This document shows, in pieces, positions 12,291 through 23,726 of a stretch of 64,000 nucleotides of DNA (position 1 is the stretch's first letter; each line of letters opens with the position of its first letter). The stretch spans positions 10,358,296 through 10,422,295 of the forward strand of contig CM082594.2 of the NCBI GenBank assembly GCA_040954595.2. The letters are read 5' to 3'. Below the pieces are notes generated by a model. That model made no database searches and had not been told where the DNA came from. It worked only from the letters and a program-made list of their open reading frames with translations. This DNA comes from Balanoglossus misakiensis. Taxonomy: Eukaryota; Animalia; Hemichordata. The translations under genes and the position numbers were made by a program.

Positions 12291-15079
12291 CCCCCCCCAC
12301 TCTTTCTCTCCCATGTACCTATTTCTGTCAGCACGTACATTTTAAGAGTCGCTTGCAATCACGATTTCATGAATTCACTTGACCTTAGATGTTCCGTTAC
12401 ATCGATCTATAGCGATAGCAGCATGTAGTTTCGACGAATCGTGCGTCGATGTGACGTCACGTGTCGGCTGCCGGCGTTTATCACAGGAAATGGCCAATTC
12501 TGACATTGGAATCGACATGATAATCGTCATGTGCGAAACTTTACTGCTAATATATGGAGAAGCTATTGCAACGTGGAGCTCTTTCCTGGGTTACTTGTTC
12601 CCCTCCCCTACACGGCGTATTGGAGTATTGGCGTATGTCCTATAGGGTTGTGTGGCGTAAAATGGACGCTTCCCATTTCACAGGCACATAGCCAGCTCGG
12701 CGCCCCTCCCGGGGGGACAGTAGTTGCGCGTCATTGCCATGACTCCACGCCGGCGAGAAAATGAGTCGAAACCGCAGAGCAGAACACTCTCCAACCCTAA
12801 ACCGATAAATCGTGGAAACAAATGCCGCTAACTTCCAAATTACCATGCAAGGGCCGTTCAGGGTCACTGGCTGTGCATTCAAACAGGGAATTTATTGCCA
12901 AGCCGTGTCTAAATCTGTGTAACGCCACTCCCGGGAGAGAAAGGGAGAAAAAATACAGCGTAGTGCTTTCACGGTACTACGAGGTCAGTATATACAGGTG
13001 ACAACATAAATTCACTATATATGCGACAGACAGGCGTCGAGCGCTTGTTTTTGCATCTCGTGGTGTACAGCATTGAACAAGGGAGAGGACCCCCTTCGGG
13101 ATAATTTGACCCAATCATCATTACCGCCGAAAATTTATACGAATTAAGGGTCTTTGGAGGATCTAGAAACACGTGACCTTTATCATTTATTCGAGGCCGA
13201 CAATTTGCGTACCCAGTGTCCAATTTTGTTTAGTATTACGTTCACTTGGAAGAAACCGCATATGATTTTCAATTCCAGTCCTGTTTGTGACTAAATTTCC
13301 ATTTCTTTTCAATTCCCTTGTCAAGGCAAACGGGTAATGAATAGAGAGAAATGGAAAGATGGTCATTAATTATCCTGAAAGGGGATTTCAATTCAATCTG
13401 ATTCAAACTTGATATTGTATCGACTCTAATTATCTTGACATTGAAGCAATCAAGTCATTCATTAGTGTCTCCACGCTCACTCCACAACACTGATTACAAA
13501 ATATCGAAGTCTGAGGGAAATTAGAAATTCCTTGACCGTTCCTTGTGGAGGAATCGTACTAACAACAACGTAAACAAAAGAGTGTGTTAGCGCCCTCAAA
13601 CGACGGTTAATTAATAGTTATTGACGATATTTTCCTGTCTGTAGCCGTACAGCAAATGCGATCTTTTCGCTATGCCCCATAATGAGCTGTTTTCACAGAA
13701 AGGACGACGTGTATAACATGGTATCTTTGCCTCTATAGAGACTTCAGTGGAAGGCGATCATCCTAGATAAGAGATCTATTTGCAAAAGTACACTTTTCCC
13801 GTTTCATTTAGGAAACTTGGTCACGAACACTGAAATAATTCTCCTGTCTTCCTTTTAAAGCTACGTTCTTCTTTTATCACAACTATTGTCGACTCACAAA
13901 TCGTTGGAATGTGATCAATACGTGTTGCCACTGTATATGTCTACTTATTGCCATAACAACGCGTCCGCTGTTAACAGCAAAATCCAGGTACGCGCCGACG
14001 AAGTTATCTTTCATCACCTAAGGATCGCGGAAGATGATTACGAATAAAAGAACTTTTCAGCAAAATAATCCCAGCCTAACAAGGGGCCTTATACCTTCAC
14101 CTTTTATCCGGGTAATTGCCATCTGCACCGCTAATCAGTGTGACAAGTTCCATCCTTTGTGCGGTGATCAGGAAAATGTCATTTACGACTCAATCAATGT
14201 GATCTATTGAAATTAATCCCGCGGTGGCGAGCTCTGTCATTATGGGAACTGCGCCCATTCCTGTATTAAAATAATTCAATGTATTTGAACAAGCATCCCG
14301 AGTTTAAACATTGATATTGTATATACAGAGAATGAGTGAATTTAATTAGAAATCATTAAAGTCGCCCTTTTGAATGGAAACTTTAGAAAACACGTCACAT
14401 TAATATTTACACCGTGTAGTGTGTTTTTACAAGTACTCGAGTACTGGCATTTCGCCGTTGTCTTTGTCATTCCCAGCAACGTTATTTACGTCTGTTTTGC
14501 TCACCGCACCGTGTGAATTTACTCAATATTTGAACTCTCGACATACGTGAAGCAAAGCTGTTTGTGGAAGATCAAGTCATTAGGGAATTTTCATTAACGT
14601 CTTAATCACTCAGTGGAATTGCAGATCACATATGAAGCGTTCATTTGTCGAAGACAATAAATGATAATCGGGATGATAATAGGGTTAGGGGTTTTCAGAC
14701 AAAGCCTTCTATCATATTTCAACTAAGAAATGAGCGCTCCTGATTCGCCTATTCATTCCGCAGGAAATTGACAATTAAGCAATTCCCAGTCACTCCTCTG
14801 ATCGAAGGAGAATTGATTACTTTAATCTATTTAATAATCAATGTCAAATTACTGAAGAGTTCGTCGTGACAACTGGATTTAACGAATTTCCAAACAGGCC
14901 TTTCCTCTAGTATACAACAAATAAATTTAGTGGGAAGAGGTAGCTTTTAGCTTTGGTTGGCTTCAATGAAATTGTGATCGCACTCACTCAAAGTGGAATA
15001 CGGTCCACTTTTTGTCTGCAAACAACTAGGGCGGTGGTGGGGGCGATCGCTATGGCGGTCTCGGACAATGATATGATAC

Positions 15080-15221
15080 TTGTACATGAAACAAAACATC
15101 CAATACATTTCGTGGGTGGTAGACCACCAATGATCGATGAACATTTTATGCAGTTGGCCTGGCAACAACTAACTGATAAACAGCCAATACAACCAGTGCA
15201 CTGCGCGTTGGAACATGGTGC
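15080..15221 (+). repeat. Dispersed repeat copy A (inverted copy at 21745-21890)
   Basis: About 145 bp align; 45-bp identical core 15143-15187 is the reverse complement of 21780-21824. Confidence 0.9.
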
Positions 15222-15773
15222 ACGTAAATGTGAAGTGGCGTTTTGCCCCACTTACTCATTGAGTTGGAATTGTTATCCCCACCCCTCCCTCGGGCTATGT
15301 AGGGCAACGGGGGTTGAGGGCGTGTCACAACCCGCCAAAGCGCATCGATAAATCTGTCGTTGCAGAACCAACAAACACGCGATTCAAAGCAAACGCGTTG
15401 TCGTGGCAACGTTGACGAGCCGTATCACACCTAGCGATGGCTCATCCGGCGATGACATAACCGACTCAACCGTGGAGAAAGAGGAAGGGGTGGCGGGCCA
15501 AATAAATCAGCAAGAACAAAGAACACAAAGAGATGCGTTGTCATAACAACACCGAGGAACCAAATCACAGCAGCAACATCAGCACCTGGTGAGGGCACAC
15601 ATCCACTCGAAATACAAAACAATGTTAACATGATTGACGGGTTTCTGTGTGAAAATCGGTTCATTTATAAATGCGAGCTTCAATCTCCTGTGCGCCCTAT
15701 TGCGCGATTATCTCGCCCCAATCCCTCGCATTTTAAAGAATATTTAATTTACCGGCGATCAGGGAGAGTTTTA

Positions 15774-16380
15774 TACACCCAATGCGAATCTCGCGAACGC
15801 GCAAGGTTTCATGGGAAATAGCGGACGACGCTATGAGACAACGCGACGCGAACGTACAGATCCTCGGCTGCCAAGAGAGCAGCGCCCGGCCGTCCGCGTA
15901 CGCGCAGCCCGTAGTCTCGCGGTGCGACGTCGGCTTCACATTTTCGTGAACGTCGTAATTTGTCTGATTATATTTAAATCTGTCTGTACCAGAGGAACAT
16001 AGACGCTTCAGAAAAAATGTCTTTAAGTATATTTCACCGAAATATTTCCGTAAACACGAAACAAACGTATATACAGCGTTTCCGTAAGGGGATAGGGTCA
16101 ATGTAAAACATCGCGGACCCGATCGCACGCTGCTAAAGCACACGAAAAATTACGATATCTTTCCGATATACATACATCGGGGTACTCACCAGTTAGCGCA
16201 TCAACGAGTACTTGGTGCCGTTTTATATAAAAACCATATGACCCTTCGTATTTTGACAATTTGCACGCAAAAATCGGCCTCTTCCGTGTTAAAGCATGGC
16301 GTCGTCTGGTCAATTTCCGCACTTCCGCTCCGCGATTTCCCATGAAACCTTGCGCGTTCGCGAGATTCGCATTGGGTGTA
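15774..16380. mobile_element. Non-autonomous DNA transposon (MITE), probably Tc1/mariner-type
   Basis: 46-bp perfect terminal inverted repeats (tacacccaatgcgaatctcgcgaacgcgcaaggtttcatgggaaat at 15774-15819 and its reverse complement ending at 16380). Flanked by TA on both sides (15772-73, 16381-82). No transposase ORF inside. Confidence 0.88.
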
Positions 16381-18393
16381 TACTAGTGTGTAGATGTCTT
16401 CTGTGTTGCACCCAATTATTGTCACTGCATCTGAAAAAAATAAGCAAAAACGAGTTTGAAAAAGGTGACACTGTTTTTACTCTCTGCAGACAAGGACTAA
16501 TTGGTGAGCTCATGTGTGTTGCGCGCACAAAGTCATTGCCTGTGGGTCGGAATTTGTGTGAATGAAAAATTGATTAATATGCCTTGGCAAACAGTTCTAC
16601 AGTTCATCGAGTACATGCGACTCGGAAAGTTCACAGTCGCATCGCACGCTTTGTCACTGCGTATCGGCATCAATGGTTTTGCTGACAGACGTTTTATCTT
16701 CGATTTAGAACCCCTTTTCATTCGCAACAGAAAATTCAGTACAATTTTAGGCTTTAACTGTGTCCATTTTTTCCACACGCAACAAAATAGACCCGCTTCA
16801 TAAAAAAAACCCTGATGTAATCCGGAACATCTCTGTTTACGATAATCAGTCCGTTGCCGGGGCAACAAGAAAGCACCCTATATAAGGGCACAGGGGAGGC
16901 GTCCGTTAAAATGTCACCGGCCTTTTGTGTAGCTCACAAATCTTGCCGACATTACAAACTCGGAATGAGAAGGAAATAAATGAAGCATTTTGGGTCGTCG
17001 ATGTTTAAAAAAATTGTCGATACGTGCGGTGATAAATGTGAGCTCACAGTTGACAGATTTGCAAAAGTATGGTACAAGGACGCATTGTCATTCGGTCGAA
17101 CGTTTCGGTAATTTTGAACAAAACATTTCTCAGGCCAGCTGTTTTGATAAACGAGGAAATGGGCCGTGTTATGTCTGACTGTGTTCTTAACCCTTGTTTT
17201 TAAAATCAGACCCCATGCATTACAGTGGTAATATTTTGTCTTACATACATGTGAGAACGTTTCGTTTAATTTTAAACAGGGCAATTTTATTTGGATCGGT
17301 TGAAAAGAGGTGACAGAATTCGAATGGAACCCTATCGTCAGAATTAACATGAATCGCTAATCACAACTTAGGATGATGTTGTCGAAACAAAACCGCTCAG
17401 CTGCGTTTGCAAAAGGGGACATGCCGATCGTAAAGCATCATTTTGTACAAGATTTTGTCACGTTATAGCACCGTGAAGTCGTCTCGACTGAAAAAAAATC
17501 ACCCACACGTTTTACGCTGTGCTTCCGTTGACGTTGTTTGTCGTCCGTAGTTACCCGCTGATAAACACAATACCGCATCACCGGAACGACCGATTTCAGG
17601 TTTCTGAACATTTAGCTCAAGAGTTTTTTTCCGCTTTATGGAACAAAAGATTTATAAATAGTTAGTTTCGAGGAGGCTATTGGCAGGCGTGGCCTCCGTC
17701 ACCTGGCCGTGACGACTAGTCGCCATCTGATTGGTGACCGGTACTTTGATTTTATGCTCAGTCATGATTAGAACTGCCCTGATAAAGAAAATACGTGACG
17801 ATACTGTACTTTGGAAGAAAAAAAACAAGATTCCAGTCTCTGAGAGACGGGATTCTTCATTATCCGTGTTGCAGGCAGACAAAGTAATCAACCAAGCAAC
17901 TGAAGTAGTAAATGGTAACACCAACTCTTCAAGGCAAACACATCTCGTCGAGAATGCTATCAGAATTTGCCATCGGGCGGGATCGGAGAGCGGAGCATTC
18001 AGGTCTCGCTTCTCCTGCTCTGCATCTTCCCTGCCTGATTACCCTCCCCGCTTGTGTGGGCAATGTTTTATTTCGCCGGGGCACCTACGATTGATTGCAT
18101 TAAACCCGGACCCCATTTCGATTTCGTTCGTGTAATGGGATTTCAGATTTGTTATCGAGAGCTCAAGAACGACGTGCAGAGAGTGTGTATGCTTCGTGTG
18201 TAACTTGACGCGCGATTGCTGATGTGGTCGCGGTTGATTCGCTGCCGCCGTCCGAAGGATGTATGAGCCGTCGCCGGGGCCAAGTAAATGCGAGCGCTCC
18301 CAAGGCTTGTAAAATAAAATTTCCATATTAGTTCATGACTGTATTTACACCTGGTGTCTTTTTACGGTACTGCGTTTATTTTTGGCATTCTCT

Positions 18394-18402
<9 letters not shown>

Positions 18403-18449
<47 letters not shown>
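18403..18449. repeat. (CT)n microsatellite
   Basis: Read directly; source of the SLSLSL ORFs. Confidence 0.95.
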
Positions 18450-18453
<4 letters not shown>

Positions 18454-21400
18454 CTTCTCTCTCTCTCTACGCACACGCACACAAACAACTTCCTACTTAC
18501 CGCCATGTTTCACAGTCACCACGTTCAGGACGAGTTGCTTTGTTTTGGTCGTTTCCAGAGCGCCAGCAAGCGAGACACGACCCTTCTGCGAAGTTCGTAT
18601 AATACCTGACTGTGGTACAGCTGCAGGCCAATATCCGTTTCTAATACTCAAATTAAGCCCACTGGGCGACAACACTTCTAACCGCGGGGGTGGCGGCGCG
18701 GTGCGACGCACTGTTTACTCTGACAATCTAGTTGCCATGTACAAACACACCGAAGCGTTTACCTGGTTACGTCCATTGATGAGCGACTATTCAAAGAAAC
18801 CCCGTTAATCACTACACTTGCACTTAACATAAACGGATCTCACAAACGTTGATCACCGTGGCGTTCAAATAGACGCCTTACATCGATATGTAATATCCAT
18901 TCTCTATGATTTTTGCTTTAAAATCAAGACGACACAGCTTCTTGCTTTGAGAAGCCCCATAACGGCGAACACAATATAATTTAAAAAATCGCCGATTTAA
19001 AGATGTCGTGTAATGAGAAAGACAAATAATTTTACCATCAATACCACTGAATTATATACCCAATAAAAAGGCATGTGCAGTTATTTTTCCAGCAGATCAA
19101 AATCCTGACCGGGAAAGGCGTTATTCTTATAATTCGTAAATTGAGATTTTTGGCGCCGCTTTTATATTTGATTCAACATGAAATAACTATACCCATACTG
19201 TGAACATTCTTTGATGTGAGCATGAACGACCATTGTGAAGCCCAGTCATAAACTCTGAACGATAAACGGCGTGCCCACTTCACGAAATTAAATTCGCACA
19301 GTATTGAACGAACTACATTGGGTTTTTTACTAATATGTATCAGTGTGTTATCGGAATACCATATCCGAGGCTCTGTGTTCAATGGAGTTTAATTATCTAC
19401 AACAGGCAGAGGTTTTCACCCAGACAACGAATGTTTTTACACGGTATTGACACGAATCCTGTCAGCTGATGAAGTATATCTAACCGACACCACGCCCTAC
19501 ATTTTACAATATTTTCCCGTGTAGTCCCCCTTTGTGGCTTCCCCATTCAACGCGCGTGACGTCACCGTGTCTCAAATTGCTCGATTTAACGATTTGTCGG
19601 TGGATTCTTTGGTCGTTTGCGGAGAAAAAATGTCTTGAATTGGAAAAGCTCCGAGAACGCCCACTGAACCGGTGCAACACCGGGAACAGCTTGATTAAAT
19701 ACATCAAATTTAATTTATACTAAAAATTGGCTCGGCAAATGTCAGAGTTGGGAGATTTTTTGTATTCATATTTCATCAGAAGTGGAATATCCATTCCGAA
19801 TCCCCCACACGGCAGTAATTAGGAAAGTTAAACATACACGCTGTAATGTTGTAACAACACAGCGCGTCCAAAAATACAACTCTTCAAACTAGATAAACTC
19901 CGTTTGTTCAGCAGCATGACGTGGAAGCATACAAGCTTTTTAAAAATAATATTTTGACGTGTTCTGTTTCATCTCACAGTATTACAACTCGACCATGGTG
20001 AACCGTCCCGCAGAGCTATTCATCATATTTCGATTTTCATCAGTGAATTCTCAAATGCGGAAGGTCATGTACTATACCGCTTGTTTCGGTGGTTGCCTAG
20101 TTACAGTGTTTATGTTGATTTTTCAATGCCAATTCAGAAATACTTGTATGTGAAGTACCTTTGAAAGGCAGTAATGGAGAGATGAAGGGGACTTGTCAAA
20201 GACATATGTCTAATATTAGGAAATAAAATCAACTTTTAAAAAATATATTTAAAATGGATGAAAAAATCAATTCTGTGGCTTTGCCTTGTCACGACACTGC
20301 ACCAACGGCAATGATACAACTTTACAAGAACATTCTCTCGTTAACTGCACCATCTGCTTTGTTGCTTCAGCTGCCGCTTGAACAAAAAATGAAATTTCAT
20401 GAACGAGTTTTTTTTCACAATATGTCCACCCATATTGTTATCCTCTTCACAAACAAACACCGCGCGATCCATCATATTTGTCTCCACAAACAGCACAATA
20501 TGTCGTTGCCATTAACACAAATAGTGGATGAATGCGAAAAAGGATCACAGCTTTCATTTTGGGCATGTATGGAACAATTATGCTGCATGCCACGTGGTCA
20601 TCTCTTTGTGCATTCAGTGGTGCGAATTACTGGTTTATTTGTTCTAATTTGATTCATTTGCTGGGGTCATAATACAAGATTACAAAGGGATAATTAATTG
20701 AAAGTTGCTCTGTAAATTATGAAATAATACAGCGAATTGATCGAGCGCATTCTATGATATCCAGGGTTTTCTATGTACTTGAAGTCAATATGGCGGAATA
20801 TGGGAGTGAGTCACGTGTCTACAGCTTCTTGGCAGTGTCAGCTGCACTTTCGGCCGTCGAATCTGACAGCGTGCGACGTGGGATGGGCAACGCTTTTCGA
20901 TTTTTTTGTTCCAAGCATCGATGGGGAATAAATCGTTAAGCAACTGCGTGGAGTAAATTCCGGCGCGGTGTCGTAATCGAATCTACGAAGGAAGGGCCAG
21001 GGCAGACTCATCTGTGAGGTCAGTCCGAGAAGGTCACGTGGAGCGCGACAGAATCAGTCCACGGACTCCGTGAAATTGAGTTGGCAGAAACGTTTTCTGC
21101 CTGATTGTAGAAACGGGGATTTCGAGCAAGTTATATCGAAATTAAGTTCGGATCAAATTACGGGATGGCTTGATTTGCTCTCTCATGGGGGAGTGCTCAC
21201 GAATTGAATAAATCACCACGAAACCACTTTTACTCAAATCGCGTGGCAAGATAGCGATTGCGGCAAAGCGACCGCTCGATATTCACCTTTGCCTATTAGT
21301 CTGTGACAGACAGGTGGGCTGATATGATTAGCCTTGGTGTCCTATTAGATGTCGCAATGTGACGGAGTTCTTGTTAATAGCACCTGTTGGAATGATTAGA

Positions 21401-21502
21401 TGAATCTACGAGCACCTTGCCTGGTGTATCTGTCAAGTGGATTTTGTGTTATTCTTTTCTCCGACACAAAAAGAAATGGTTTTGTATTAAGCTTGCATCT
21501 TC

Positions 21503-21541
<39 letters not shown>
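21503..21541. repeat. (GTAA)n microsatellite
   Basis: Read directly, about 9.75 units. Confidence 0.95.
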
Positions 21542-21744
21542 CATGTAAGTAAGTACGCGCTCACGCACGCGCGCACACACATACGTATCCATAAACCACG
21601 TTCCTGCAAATACTAACTCGTCGTTTTTCCGCCAACGCTGACCTTTGTTATGTGATATGCTGACTTTGTTATTGTCGCGAGTTCCGGATAGAATCGTGAC
21701 TGCGGATGATAACTTTAGCGTGGTGTGTGTCGTCTTCTTTGAAG

Positions 21745-21890
21745 GCATCATGTACCAACACGCAGTGCACCGTGTAGTGTTGGCTGTTTATCAGTTAGTT
21801 GTTGCCAGGCCAACTGCATAAAATATTCATCGATCATTATCGGTCCAACTAAAACCACGCAATGTATGGGATGCTGTATTTCATGTACAA
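21745..21890 (-). repeat. Dispersed repeat copy B (inverted relative to 15080-15221)
   Basis: See copy A. Confidence 0.9.
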
Positions 21891-23521
21891 TTGTCAGTGA
21901 CCGTCATTGCTATCATCCGACTCCACTGGCAACACCTAACGTACAAATCCCAATCATGTGATTTTTTAAATGTCGAACCTCTCTCACATATAACATATTC
22001 GAAAATCACGTCTATATATTCCAGGAAATTTGATATCATCCTTGAAACTGCAGTGATGATGGTTTTGTGTGTGTAAAAAATCAGGAATGGCACATATTGA
22101 ACGGGGATATTAAACTGTGAGCGAACGCGATGGCTGGACTTCATCACTAATTACGGTCATAATTTCACACCTCGTGTAATCAACACATATTTGCTGAAAG
22201 ATTAAATTATTCATATTGCGAATTTCCCATGTATGTTTTATTCCTCTATATCCTTGCAGGAACGTTTCAACTTTAATTGTAGTGAAAGAAGAGAGAATAG
22301 AAACTCATATCAAGGTCAACTCCATCAGCACAAATGACATCCTTATAAAGACATGATTATATTGAAGGTCATTTGCGTTTGTCAATCAACGTCAAAGTGT
22401 TAGAATTTTATAGTAAATGTTATCACTCTCTTTTTGTATGATGCTTTTCAGCTTGGCTGTTCTATCCAATGCCTCCACTCCATCGGAATATAATCTCATG
22501 GCAGCATCAGTGATACACCTCCCATCCCTTCAAAAGGCAAATAGACATTCGTTTTATTCTGATTTTTTTATGCTTTCCCTAAAATAATCGTTTCCTGTCT
22601 TAGCTCTGAAAACTGGGGCCGTTTATGTTGTCGGAAGATGTCTCTTGCAAACTGTCAAACTGTAAGATTGAGTACTATTTTTTACTCCACATATGATAAA
22701 CGATTTTATCTTGGATTGAACCTTCCGGTGATGGTCGATTTGTATAGGGCCGCTAAACCATCGTTTCAGTGCCATAACATTGGCCTGCAAATACCACATG
22801 ACCGTTACAGGTAATGGGGGTATCATTTTCAATTTGAGAGCGTAGCAGAATGCCAGGAAAAGAAGTATACAGTCAACCACGGTATAAACATGAAAATAAT
22901 CAGATAAAATGAGAGAGTATATGAGTCCGATTTGTAATTGCCGCTGAAAATCGATATCGTCATGGAAGAGTCGTTTGATAGTCCTTGGCTATAAACAAAA
23001 AGTGTAGTTGGCAAAACCATGTCGGCGAATATTAAGGATCTGCTTCGCTGGCTTACAATACATCATGCGAACGATATTGGGAATTGCATTAAGGCTGTGA
23101 CGTCACGAATTTGCGAAAACTATTCATGCGCAGTAAACTTGAAAGGTGTCCGTGAAATACCGCCACGTGTAGAAGGACTATTTCATTAAATTGAGCCTAC
23201 CAATTGTTTATCGGTGAATTTATTTCTCTTCTCTGCCCAGGCAACCCGATCAAATTCACCCTTGGCGACCTTGACTTACTTTGCCGTGACCACGAATGCA
23301 AAAGAAACGACGCTAGGGAAATGGGTCTGGTGCGGAGAGAGAGAGAGAGAGAGGGGGGTATTGGGGGGGGTTGGCGTGCGGCATTAGCATGATGGCTATC
23401 GTCTAACTACAGCTAGGAAACAAAATATTATCTATCGTGTCGCGATAGTTCGGCTTCCACGCCAAAGGAAGCTACAAAAAACTCCTTAAAATGGACGAAT
23501 ATACAAATACAGGTCACCAGC

Positions 23522-23726
23522 TTATAGTTTGGTTCCGTTTTCCTCAGGGTAGGTGTTCGATGGCTTCATAGCGAGGGCTTTGTTGTCCTCTCCCCATTCC
23601 TCGTCGCTGACGTTGTCGGCGCCCTTCGTCGGCACAGCTTCCACAAATTGGCCGCGCATCTTGTGATCGACCACGCCGGCATTCACCACATAACTTATGC
23701 CGTTGGTGCCTCCTCTCATAGCGTCG
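23522..23726 (-). CDS. SLC1 coding exon 10 (TM8b, C-tail ending GTKL*)
   Basis: ccatag|DAMRGGTNGISYVVNAGVVDHKM...EENGTKL-TAA. Confidence 0.9.

Noticed and set aside
18335-18808. ORFs with SLSLSL runs
   Set aside because: (CT)n artefact; no protein similarity recognised
21503-21554. Array of GTAAGT donor consensus sequences
   Set aside because: Simple (GTAA)n microsatellite with no associated exon
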